Shown: one piece after another, positions 1 to 8,264 of the stretch
How the letters are laid out: each line of letters begins with the position of its first letter
Position numbering within the stretch: position 1 is the stretch's first letter
Notes under the pieces: model-generated
What the model was told of the DNA's origin: nothing
The model's input: only the letters and a program-made list of their open reading frames with translations
The model's database searches: none
Made by a program: the position numbers and the translations under genes
From: Ktedonobacteraceae bacterium
Lineage (GTDB): Bacteria > Chloroflexota > Ktedonobacteria > Ktedonobacterales > Ktedonobacteraceae
DNA length: 29,397 bases
Direction: 5' to 3'
Assembly (NCBI GenBank): GCA_035568795.1
Contig: DATMNR010000294.1
Coordinates: 1 to 29,397 of the forward strand

Positions 1-76
1 TGGGAAGATCCCAACTGAGTGGGTATCCCCTGTCTCCCTTCTGTCAAACCCGCTGTACGGGGAGATCAGTCTCCCC

Positions 77-733
77 GTGCTTGCTGCGCTTAGCATGAAG
101 GAACTCAACACCTATCGCAGGGGAGAGCCATGCCCAGAGAGGTATGGCATCGAGCTCATACGCCGTGCTACCCTGCAAGGCAACCATGCGGCCAGGGCAT
201 GGGTGCAACACTGCTTCGGTGGAGTTGTGCTCAGCTGGCTATATCGACATCCCAAAAGATCTCACGCGTGCCGTCTAGAAAACGAGGAGTACTACGTGAC
301 TCAAGCGTTTGATCGCTTCTGGCAGGCTACCGCCTCAAACCAACGGGTGGAATTCACCACGCTTGCTGCGGTATTGCACTCCCTGCGGGCCAGTCTGAAT
401 GGTGCTATTCTGGATATGCTCCGGGTGGATGCGCGGCCGAGAGAAAGCACGAGGCCTGTGCCAGCAGGGCTGGGAGAATCACACATGGAAGATGTGTCTT
501 CCAGTCATGAGATCTGGGAGATGCTCAAAGCGGTGCTTTCCAACCCGCGTGAGCGGCGATTAGCATACTTACTCTTTCACTGCTGTCTCAAGCCAAGGGA
601 GATTGTACGTTTCTGTCCACAAGAGTGGAGTGGCGTGCAAGAAATCTATCGCCTGCGGCGCACCATCATGGAGCGACTACTGTGCCATGCGGACCAACTC
701 GCGCTCGTGACGCATAGCTGTGACCCGGATTGA
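77..733 (+). CDS. ECF-like (sigma-70 family) RNA polymerase sigma factor, Chloroflexota type; possibly 5'-truncated
   Basis: ORF of 218 aa. It has a sigma2-like part (ELIRRA...AWVQHCFGGVVLSWL...QAFDRFWQA) and a C-terminal HTH-like part (RERRLAYLLFHCCLKPREIV...EIYRLRRTIMERL). The frame stays open to position 2, so the true start may lie outside the window. Family call is from recalled similarity. Confidence 0.55.
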   Translation: MLAALSMKELNTYRRGEPCPERYGIELIRRATLQGNHAARAWVQHCFGGVVLSWLYRHPKRSHACRLENEEYYVTQAFDRFWQATASNQRVEFTTLAAVLHSLRASLNGAILDMLRVDARPRESTRPVPAGLGESHMEDVSSSHEIWEMLKAVLSNPRERRLAYLLFHCCLKPREIVRFCPQEWSGVQEIYRLRRTIMERLLCHADQLALVTHSCDPD

Positions 734-1401
734 GGGAGAAAGTTCTTTTGAAACAACTTCAAAGCAGAGGATATCCCTCAACACCTATGAACACTTTGCG
801 CCTGCACGAAATACCCTTCTTCTCTGAACTGAGACAAGAGTTTTCCGAGATATGTTCCAGTTTTACATCAGCAATGAAAGCGAAAGATGTGGAGCTCTAC
901 CAGCACTCATTGCGCGTGCAATCCCTCGCGCTTGCTTTTACCAAGACCGTTCTGCATCTTCCAAAAGCTGAGACTTTTACGATTGGACTGGCCGCATTTC
1001 TCCACGACCTTGGTAAAATGCACATCAGCGAAACCATATTACACAAAGCGTCAGGTCTGACACGTCAAGAGTTTGAGTGTATTCAAGAGCATCCGGCCTA
1101 CGGTGCACTCATGTTCAACCAGTTCAAGCTGCTACAGCATATTGTGCCCTCGGTGTATCATCATCATGAGCGTTGGGACGGGAAAGGTTACCCCGATGGA
1201 ATACGCGGTGCAGCTATTCCACTAGGAGCACGCATCATAGCGATTGTTGATGCATTCGAGGTCATGACTTCACGTCGCATCTACCAGAAGAGTCGTACTG
1301 CGCAACAGGCATTTGAAGAACTCTACGAGCATGCGGGAACACAGTTTGATGCAGAGCTAGTAGAACTTTTCTGCCATTCCTTCAACCTGGATCTTGTGTA
1401 G
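730..1401 (+). CDS. Stand-alone HD-GYP domain protein (putative c-di-GMP phosphodiesterase)
   Basis: Motifs HSLRV, LHDLGK, HHHERWDGKGYPDG and IPLGARIIAIVDAFE. The TTG start at 730 overlaps the upstream TGA (TTGA); ATG at 787 is an alternative start. Confidence 0.9.
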   Translation: MREKVLLKQLQSRGYPSTPMNTLRLHEIPFFSELRQEFSEICSSFTSAMKAKDVELYQHSLRVQSLALAFTKTVLHLPKAETFTIGLAAFLHDLGKMHISETILHKASGLTRQEFECIQEHPAYGALMFNQFKLLQHIVPSVYHHHERWDGKGYPDGIRGAAIPLGARIIAIVDAFEVMTSRRIYQKSRTAQQAFEELYEHAGTQFDAELVELFCHSFNLDLV

Positions 1402-1518
1402 TGTATGTTTTGAGTGGGAACGTGATATGATTGCAAGCAAGATTGACATCTCACTGGAAGCGTAGTGCGTACTTTTCTCGCATTACAGCGCCAGAAAGGC
1501 AGCTTGAAGAGAGTAACC

Positions 1519-3630
1519 ATGAGCACAACTCTGGGCGATGCATTGGTAGACAGTCAGGCAAAGGGGCGTTCCGATCGACCAGGAGCGCCAGACACTCGTT
1601 TGCAGGGACGGTGGCTTGCTCTTCTTCGTGTGGCGTGGGTTGTACTGAGCGTCCTTGCTTTCATTATCTTCATTGCTAGTCTTCCTGGGTACTTTACGGA
1701 CCAGCTGAAGTCGTACCTGGTCGGCTACGCTGTCTTCCTTCTCGCCCTGGATATTTTCGTCGCATCGGTATGGTTCTTCGTCGCTCTCCTGATCTTCTGG
1801 CGCAAGTCCAACGATTGGCTGGCACTACTGGTCTCATTTATGCTGGTGTTGCAAGGCGCAAATACCACCATCAACCCATTGAATAATAGCCCCTCGCTCT
1901 GGCTGCTGCCGGCAGTAATACTGAACCAGCTTGCTTTCTTTGTGCTCCTCTTAGTCCTCTGCCTCTTCCCGACAGGACGTTTTGTGCCACGCTGGATAGG
2001 TTGGCTCGCAGTGATGTTCTCAGCTCTGTGGCTTGCAGCGGTACTCGGTAAAATCTTCGACTTCTTACCTGTATTGAATAATCCGCTCTTTATTCTTGTG
2101 TTGTACTGCTTATTTGGGGGCTTCGTCGTCGCTCAACTCTATCGTTACCACTCCGTCTCCAATCGAATAGAACGCCAGCAGACCAAGTGGATCGTCTTCG
2201 GAGTCACCGCGACCTACCTCATAGAGTTCGTGTTTAGTTTCAGTTCGGTCCTCTTTCAATCAGTCTTGTCTTCGACTTCACTAGCTATCCTGATTCTCTT
2301 ACCACTTGGGAACGCTGTCCCAATCCTAATTCCGCTCTCCTTTGGCTTTGCGATTCTGCGCTACCGGCTCTGGGACATTGATATCATCATTCGCCGCACG
2401 CTGGTCTACGGCACGCTCACTGCCTGTGTGGTTGCACTCTACATGCTTATCGTCGTCGGGCTTGGCGCGCTGCTGCAAGCACGAGGCAACCTGGGCTTGT
2501 CCCTGCTGGCTACAGGCCTCATTGCCGTGCTCATTCAGCCATTGCACACCCGTCTCCAGCGGGCTGTGAACCGTCTGCTCTATGGGGAACGCGATGAACC
2601 CTACAAGGTCATTTCCCGCCTGGGACAACGCCTGGAGGCGACGCTGGCACCGGAGGCCGTGCTGCCCACGATTGTCGAGACTGTGACCCAGGCGCTCAAG
2701 CTCCCGTATGCCGCCATCAGCTTGAAGCAGGATGGCGAGGACGTGATTGCAACATCCTCTGGCCAAGCTGCGGATGAGCTGACACGCCTGCCGCTGATCT
2801 ATCAGAGTGAACACATCGGCGACCTTTTGCTTGCTCCGCGCGCTCGTGGCGAAACCTTCTCGTCAGCAGACCGGGACTTGCTCGCTGACCTGGCCCGTCA
2901 AGCTGGCATCGCCGTTCAAGCTGTCCACCTGACCACGGATTTGCAGCGTCTGACGACCGAACTGCAATCCTCGCGCACGCGCCTGGTCACCGCGCGTGAG
3001 GAAGAGCGGCGCCGGCTGCGCCGCGATCTGCATGACGGTCTCGGCTCGGTGCTGGCTTCCCTCAATTGGCGTGCCGGAGCATTGCGCCTGCTGCTCTCGC
3101 GCGACCCGGTAGCTGCCGATGCTCTCGTGGTCGAACAACAAACCACCATTCAAGCGGCGATTGGCGATATTCGCCGCCTGGTCTACGACCTGCGCCCCCC
3201 TGCCCTGGATGAACTGGGGTTGATTGGAGCTATCCGCGAACGTGCGGCAAAGCAAAGTGCGCCGACAGAGCGTGACAGCATCCTCGGGCTGCATATAGAC
3301 GTAGTGGCACCCGATCAGCTGCCAGCGCTTCCCGCAGCCGTCGAGGTTGCCGCCTACCGCATCGTGCAGGAGGCCCTGACCAACGTGGCGCGCCATGCCC
3401 AGGCTCACAGCTGTTGTGTCTGCCTCTCGTGCGAAAACGACCTGCTGCACGTCGAGGTCAGCGATGATGGCATCGGGTTGCCGGAGAGCTATCGCGCCGG
3501 GGTCGGAGTGCTCTCACTGCGCGAACGAGCTGCAGAACTGGGCGGGACAAGCGAGATTGCACGCATGCCCGAAGGTGGGACGTGTGTGCAGGCCTGCCTG
3601 CCGCTTTTTACACATGACCAGCAGCTGTGA
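1519..3630 (+). CDS. Membrane sensor histidine kinase (multi-TM + GAF-like + HisKA_3 + HATPase_c)
   Basis: About 9-10 hydrophobic segments, H-box ERRRLRRDLHDGLG, N-box QEALTNVARHA, G1 SDDGIG and GGT. Start set at ATG 1519 (the ORF track starts at 1465). Confidence 0.92.
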   Translation: MSTTLGDALVDSQAKGRSDRPGAPDTRLQGRWLALLRVAWVVLSVLAFIIFIASLPGYFTDQLKSYLVGYAVFLLALDIFVASVWFFVALLIFWRKSNDWLALLVSFMLVLQGANTTINPLNNSPSLWLLPAVILNQLAFFVLLLVLCLFPTGRFVPRWIGWLAVMFSALWLAAVLGKIFDFLPVLNNPLFILVLYCLFGGFVVAQLYRYHSVSNRIERQQTKWIVFGVTATYLIEFVFSFSSVLFQSVLSSTSLAILILLPLGNAVPILIPLSFGFAILRYRLWDIDIIIRRTLVYGTLTACVVALYMLIVVGLGALLQARGNLGLSLLATGLIAVLIQPLHTRLQRAVNRLLYGERDEPYKVISRLGQRLEATLAPEAVLPTIVETVTQALKLPYAAISLKQDGEDVIATSSGQAADELTRLPLIYQSEHIGDLLLAPRARGETFSSADRDLLADLARQAGIAVQAVHLTTDLQRLTTELQSSRTRLVTAREEERRRLRRDLHDGLGSVLASLNWRAGALRLLLSRDPVAADALVVEQQTTIQAAIGDIRRLVYDLRPPALDELGLIGAIRERAAKQSAPTERDSILGLHIDVVAPDQLPALPAAVEVAAYRIVQEALTNVARHAQAHSCCVCLSCENDLLHVEVSDDGIGLPESYRAGVGVLSLRERAAELGGTSEIARMPEGGTCVQACLPLFTHDQQL

Positions 3631-3645
3631 GGAAGGAGAAGAGCC

Positions 3646-4290
3646 ATGGCACCTGTGCGTATCCTGATTGCCGATGACCATCCACTGGTGCGGAGTGGAC
3701 TGCGTGCGCTCCTCGGGGCGGCAGAGGATATGGAGGTGGTAGGCGAGGCGGCGACGGGCGAGGAGGCAGTGACGCTGGCCGCGAGTTTGCAACCGGAGGT
3801 GATCGTGATGGACCTGCGCATGCCAGGCATCAATGGCATCGAAGCCACACGCCGCATTATGCAAGCCCATCCGCAGATTCGTATCCTCGTCGTCACGCTC
3901 TTTGAGGACGACGACTCGGTGTTCGCGGCCCTGCGTGCTGGAGCCCGCGGCTACCTCCTCAAGGATGCCAACGAGGTTGAGGTGCTGCGAGCGATCCGCG
4001 CCGTGAGCAGCGGGGATGCCATTTTCAGTGCTACGATTGCCCAACGCCTCATTGATTTCTTCGCTACACCTCGTCCAGCCCAAGCTGCCCTCCCATTTCC
4101 CGATCTGACGGACCGTGAGCGTGAGATTCTCACCCTCATCGCCCAGGGACGAAGTAACGCCGAGATTGCGCAATCCCTGGTCATCAGCATGAAGACGGTG
4201 CGTAATTATATTTCGAGCATCTTCAGCAAACTGCAGGTAGCCGACCGCTCCCAGGCCATCATCCGGGCGAGAGAGGCTGGTTTAGGGTAA
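3646..4290 (+). CDS. NarL/LuxR-family response regulator
   Basis: REC domain ADDHPLVR...MDLRMP...LLKD and LuxR HTH LTDREREILTLIAQGRSNAEIA...KTVRNYISSIFSKL. SD GGAG upstream; cognate of the adjacent kinase. Confidence 0.95.
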   Translation: MAPVRILIADDHPLVRSGLRALLGAAEDMEVVGEAATGEEAVTLAASLQPEVIVMDLRMPGINGIEATRRIMQAHPQIRILVVTLFEDDDSVFAALRAGARGYLLKDANEVEVLRAIRAVSSGDAIFSATIAQRLIDFFATPRPAQAALPFPDLTDREREILTLIAQGRSNAEIAQSLVISMKTVRNYISSIFSKLQVADRSQAIIRAREAGLG

Positions 4291-4604
4291 CTGCCGTTTG
4301 TCCTGGCTCCTCTGAGCGTTGGTTTTTGGCTTGAAAAGAAACATCGGTGGGAAATTGCTCTTGATACCGTAACGCCTTTCCCTGTGATCAAGCTTTGTTG
4401 ATGAAGGATGAGAACGCTTGCATTCAGAGATAGAAACATCATAACTTTTTTCTCTGTTTTCTATAACAGCCCCTTATAGACACTAGCGATGTATTCTTCT
4501 GCTCATTTTTTGGCGACAATCGCGTGTGTTTCCTCCTGGCTCAACAAACCACCGCTTTATAAGACGGGAGAATATAGCTACTACATAAGGTATCATAGCA
4601 AGGC

Positions 4605-4668
4605 AAAACGTGAAAGCAAAACAGCCTTCTGTTCTACTTTCACTTTTCCTGTTCTGCTTTCACTTTTC
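4605..4668 (-). terminator. Probable terminator hairpin of the minCDE transcript, with one arm tandemly duplicated
   Basis: Minus strand AAAAGTGAAAGTAGAACAG-aagg-CTGTTTTGCTTTCACGTTTT pairs with G-U wobbles. The 20-mer 4629-4648 is repeated at 4649-4668 (19/20 identical). Confidence 0.5.
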
Positions 4669-4798
4669 AGTCAAGGTCAATGAATATTACTACTCAATCG
4701 ACTTCATGACGCGCTTGAGTACGAGAGAAGCTTAAATCGCGTGTATCAAACACAGGCATATCGGGAGGGTCAATAAAATTACCTGCGGGTCATATGCT

Positions 4799-5149
4799 TT
4801 ACTCGTCGTCCAACCGTTCCACATCCACTCGTATTTTGTTGCCACGTAAGGCATTACTCGCAGGGGTATATGACGGAGGATCCCATTCAAACGAAATTTT
4901 CTGCCGTTTTATAGGAATATCAGCATGCAATTTGTCCCAGTGATCATCGCGGGCCATGATAACTTGTACGTGTTGTTCGTCCACCTCGAGACGGCGCGAA
5001 ATCACCGCGAGCAGGTCAGTTTTAATCTGTTCCAGTAATTCAGGATTCACTTTGAGACGATCGTGCGCCAGAACGACTTTCAAGCGTTCTTTTGCCATCT
5101 CGCCAGGGGTAGGCTTTTTGCGACCAGTCATAAAATCAAAAATACCCAT
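4799..5149 (-). CDS. minE: Cell division topological specificity factor MinE (C-terminally extended)
   Basis: MGIFDFM amphipathic N-terminus, AKERLKVVLAHDR, IKTDLLAVISR, LHADIPIK; directly downstream of minD. Confidence 0.92.
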   Translation of the reverse strand: MGIFDFMTGRKKPTPGEMAKERLKVVLAHDRLKVNPELLEQIKTDLLAVISRRLEVDEQHVQVIMARDDHWDKLHADIPIKRQKISFEWDPPSYTPASNALRGNKIRVDVERLDDE

Positions 5150-5175
5150 ATATACTGCCTGCCTTCTCAGGATCG

Positions 5176-6003
5176 CTATGAACGTACACGTTTCTCAGCC
5201 ATAGCCGGTCCAAATCCAAACATGCGTCTCAAACGTTCCATAAATGATTGCACTTCTTCGACTTCTTCCAGAGGCACTTCTTTACCAATTATACGCTGAG
5301 CGGCGTTTAGATATGCGCTTCCAGCACGTGAGTGTTTTTCGTAGACAATTGGCTCGCCTTTATTGATTGCCACGATGATCATTTCATCTTCGGGTACTAT
5401 GCCGACAAGATCAATACCTAACACTTCCAATACATCAGCCACATCCATCATATCTCCGCGTTTCACCATTTCAGCACGCAGGCGATTGAGTATGAGACGC
5501 GGTTCGGGCTTACCCGCGGCCTCAACCAATCCAATGATACGATCTGCATCACGCACCGAGGCCATTTCAGGATTTGCAACTATGATAATCTCATCAGCGC
5601 CAACAATTGCATTACGAAAACCTTGCTCGATGCCTGCAGGCGAATCAATCAACACAAAATCAAAATCCTGGCGTAATTGTTCGCAAAGCTGCTCCATCTG
5701 GATACTATTTATAGCGTTCTTATCGCGTGTCTGGGCAGCAGGCAACAAATAAAGTTCAGGCTGGCGTTTGTCTTTGATCAATGCTTGTCGTAGATGACAC
5801 TGCCCCTCCACAACATCTACAAGATCATAGACAATGCGATTCTCCAATCCAAGTACAGCATCAAGGTTCCGCAGGCCAATATCTGAGTCCACAACAGCAA
5901 CTTTTTTACCTTGCATTGCAAGGGCTGTTCCCAAATTCGCCGTGGTCGTGGTTTTGCCAACACCACCCTTCCCTGAAGTGATGGTTATCACCCGGCTATC
6001 CAT
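5176..6003 (-). CDS. minD: Septum site-determining ATPase MinD
   Basis: Deviant Walker A SGKGGVGKTTT, DSDIGLRNLD, DSPAGIEQGF, and C-terminal membrane-targeting FMERLRRMFG. Start set at ATG 6003 with SD GGAG. Confidence 0.97.
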   Translation of the reverse strand: MDSRVITITSGKGGVGKTTTTANLGTALAMQGKKVAVVDSDIGLRNLDAVLGLENRIVYDLVDVVEGQCHLRQALIKDKRQPELYLLPAAQTRDKNAINSIQMEQLCEQLRQDFDFVLIDSPAGIEQGFRNAIVGADEIIIVANPEMASVRDADRIIGLVEAAGKPEPRLILNRLRAEMVKRGDMMDVADVLEVLGIDLVGIVPEDEMIIVAINKGEPIVYEKHSRAGSAYLNAAQRIIGKEVPLEEVEEVQSFMERLRRMFGFGPAMAEKRVRS

Positions 6004-6093
6004 AAACATCTCCATCATTAGCAACTGTTCAACATTCTCATTTGTAAAGGCAAGGTAAAACCTGCTCTCTACAATGTGTAAACGTTCTTCATG

Positions 6094-6912
6094 CTATTTT
6101 CGCGTTGTACGCCCGTGACCATTCAGCCAGGCTTCGACAACAATCTGCCCATTCTTGATTGTCGCAAACTCTGGACGCGCCTGTACCTGAAATCCATCAG
6201 GCGGTCGCGAGAGAAGGTTGGCAATGCGCAACTGTACAGGTGCAAGCACTAGTGAACAAACAAGAGCGTTCTCATTATTCGGATACCCTGCATGCACCAT
6301 TCCTCGTAAAGCTCCCCAAACCAAAATATCTCCACTTGCAACAATTTCTGCACCTGGATTCACATCGCCCAGGACAACGACATTGCTGCTATGGTGGATT
6401 GCCTGCCCAGAACGAATAGTGCGTCGTAGAAAGAGGGTATCATCCGAATCACGGGGATCAAGCCTACCGATCAGTGCCAGGGTTTGTTCGCTAAGAATTT
6501 CTGCTGTGATAGTTGGCTCACTACTAACATCAATAGATGGCTCACTTACAACTTCAGTAGAAATAACATCTGGCTCGTGCTGTTTCACTAAGAACGTCTG
6601 TTCCAGAGGTGTTACTGACATTTGATAATTTGCCAGCAATTCCTCGAGTTGAGTGCGCTCACTAATTCGGAGATTCCGACGCCTGGTATCAAGAGCAAGC
6701 GAAGCTCCCTGAAAGAAACCAGGAGCCTCTGAAAGTCGATGTGAAAGGGCATTGAGTAATTCGCTAAAAGGGGTTTCAGGCTCCAGGGTTAAAAGCAGAC
6801 CATTGCGCGTGCCTTTGATTGCAATATTTCCTTGCACCGACTGCTTCTCCTCCCTTTCCAGATTGCTTTGCGCTTCGGAAATGTTGCTTTCCGAAGTGTC
6901 CTCCATTCCCAT
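6094..6912 (-). CDS. minC: Septum site-determining protein MinC
   Basis: IKGTRNGLL N-domain and RTIRSGQ...GDVNPGAEIVASG...GMVHAG beta-helix. Start uncertain (6906, 6912 or 6927); a promoter motif at 6949-6957 argues against 6966. Confidence 0.93.
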   Translation of the reverse strand: MGMEDTSESNISEAQSNLEREEKQSVQGNIAIKGTRNGLLLTLEPETPFSELLNALSHRLSEAPGFFQGASLALDTRRRNLRISERTQLEELLANYQMSVTPLEQTFLVKQHEPDVISTEVVSEPSIDVSSEPTITAEILSEQTLALIGRLDPRDSDDTLFLRRTIRSGQAIHHSSNVVVLGDVNPGAEIVASGDILVWGALRGMVHAGYPNNENALVCSLVLAPVQLRIANLLSRPPDGFQVQARPEFATIKNGQIVVEAWLNGHGRTTRK

Positions 6913-6948
6913 ATGTTGTCTATCCATCCTATTACTGGATAAAGGACC

Positions 6949-6957
6949 AATATAACA
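6949..6957 (-). promoter_or_regulatory. Extended -10 element (TGTTATATT) for minCDE
   Basis: TGn + TATATT on the minus strand, about 35 nt upstream of the proposed minC start. Confidence 0.4.
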
Positions 6958-7058
6958 ATGCTTCAAGGGGACTTGTATGCATCTACATCAAGAGTAAGTA
7001 TATGCCGCCAAATGACAAAACGCAATAGTTTTAGGTATTCTGTCCGAATGTGTCCCGC

Positions 7059-7087
7059 TTGTAGTAACCTTGAAATATGCGTACAAT
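7059..7087 (+). promoter_or_regulatory. Sigma-70-type promoter TTGTAG-N17-TACAAT
   Basis: Hexamers at 7059-7064 and 7082-7087 with 17 nt spacing, upstream of ATG 7121. Confidence 0.35.
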
Positions 7088-7120
7088 ACCAACCAAATAC
7101 GCACGAAAGGTAATTTCTCG

Positions 7121-7942
7121 ATGCCTGAGTTCATGAGTTTTCCTACACCACGTGAATACGTTTTGACATGTGGAAACACGACAATCGGCGTGATACCCGA
7201 AATTTGTCTGATTACACATTTTCAAGTTGGATCCTGGCAAATACTCTATCGCCCCATACAAACGGGCAATATCAAACGTTGGGGTATGCCATTGATGATA
7301 CCCAACTTCTCTCGACTCAACAAGGGCACACTTCAAGAAAAAGGGACGAAACTTCCCATCCATGGTTTTGGACGCATTTTACCCTGGGAGATCATCGAGA
7401 GAGACAGCACCCACCTTGTGATCCAATTAACCAGCAGTGAAGCAACTCTTAAGAGCTATCCATATGAGTTCACATTCAATGTGAACATTTCAGTTGAAGA
7501 AGGAATTTTAACCTATATACTAACAATGGAGAACCACAGTAACGAGAACATGCCTATCGCACCGGGATTTCATCCTTATTTTACGGTTGCTCACTCAGAA
7601 AAGTTGAAAATAAAGACCGGTAACCTGCCGGGATTTGAAGCGCAAACATTCGATTGGGTTGAACATATACCTGACAATCCTTACCCATTTCCACACCATG
7701 TTACTATACGATTTCCTGGAAGCGGCACGTTGACCATAGGGGAGAAACCACAGAACGGTCAATACGCCCTGTCAAATATGCAGGTTTGGTCTGAGCCACC
7801 AACAAAACCCGATCACAATTTTATCTGCTTCGAGCCATCCGTTGGAAGTGAAGATGCACTAAATCGACCTGCCGATCGTTTGAATATTGATCAGCATAGC
7901 TCAAGACGGATTGTATTGCAATTGCAAGCAGAACCTTTTTAG
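7121..7942 (+). CDS. Aldose 1-epimerase / galactose mutarotase-like protein
   Basis: Motifs WGMPLMIP, HGFGR, GFHPYF and ICFEP. SD GAAAGG precedes ATG 7121. Confidence 0.82.
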   Translation: MPEFMSFPTPREYVLTCGNTTIGVIPEICLITHFQVGSWQILYRPIQTGNIKRWGMPLMIPNFSRLNKGTLQEKGTKLPIHGFGRILPWEIIERDSTHLVIQLTSSEATLKSYPYEFTFNVNISVEEGILTYILTMENHSNENMPIAPGFHPYFTVAHSEKLKIKTGNLPGFEAQTFDWVEHIPDNPYPFPHHVTIRFPGSGTLTIGEKPQNGQYALSNMQVWSEPPTKPDHNFICFEPSVGSEDALNRPADRLNIDQHSSRRIVLQLQAEPF

Positions 7943-7954
7943 GATAAGCCTCTT

Positions 7955-8016
7955 GTAGGGACGAGGGCTGCTGGGATGGCGGGTGGGGGCGCTCGCGCCG
8001 TCCTGGTACCCTTCCC
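7955..8016 (+). repeat. GTAG-tagged REP-like palindromic element
   Basis: Begins GTAGGGAC. Contains the 25-mer GGTGGGGGCGCTCGCGCCGTCCTGG (7982-8006), identical to 16631-16655. Confidence 0.8.
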
Positions 8017-8264
8017 GACACATGCTGGGATTCGCACAAACAAGACGTATTGGCCCTCGCATCGTTTTGGTTCATCATGGACTTTTCCCAAGAAGCATCA
8101 GATAGGTGGTGGAACCCGCACCCTATATTCTACGTGCATTTTAAGCATCCATAGGATATAATATGATAATGGTTCATATGCTCACTTCATCGAACTGCAA
8201 GAGATAGAGAAGCCAGAATGATTCCTTGTAATAAGTCGGGGTCAGAAAGCAGGATTCGTCTGTT

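Noticed and set aside
1443-1471. Perfect TTGACA upstream of the kinase gene
   Set aside because: No acceptable -10 hexamer at 16-18 nt spacing.
8104-8125. T-box-like GGTGGAACCCGC upstream of ftsH, and a similar GGTGGGGTACC at about 16765
   Set aside because: Imperfect match, no stem I/specifier, and no amino-acid gene downstream. More likely REP-related hairpins.
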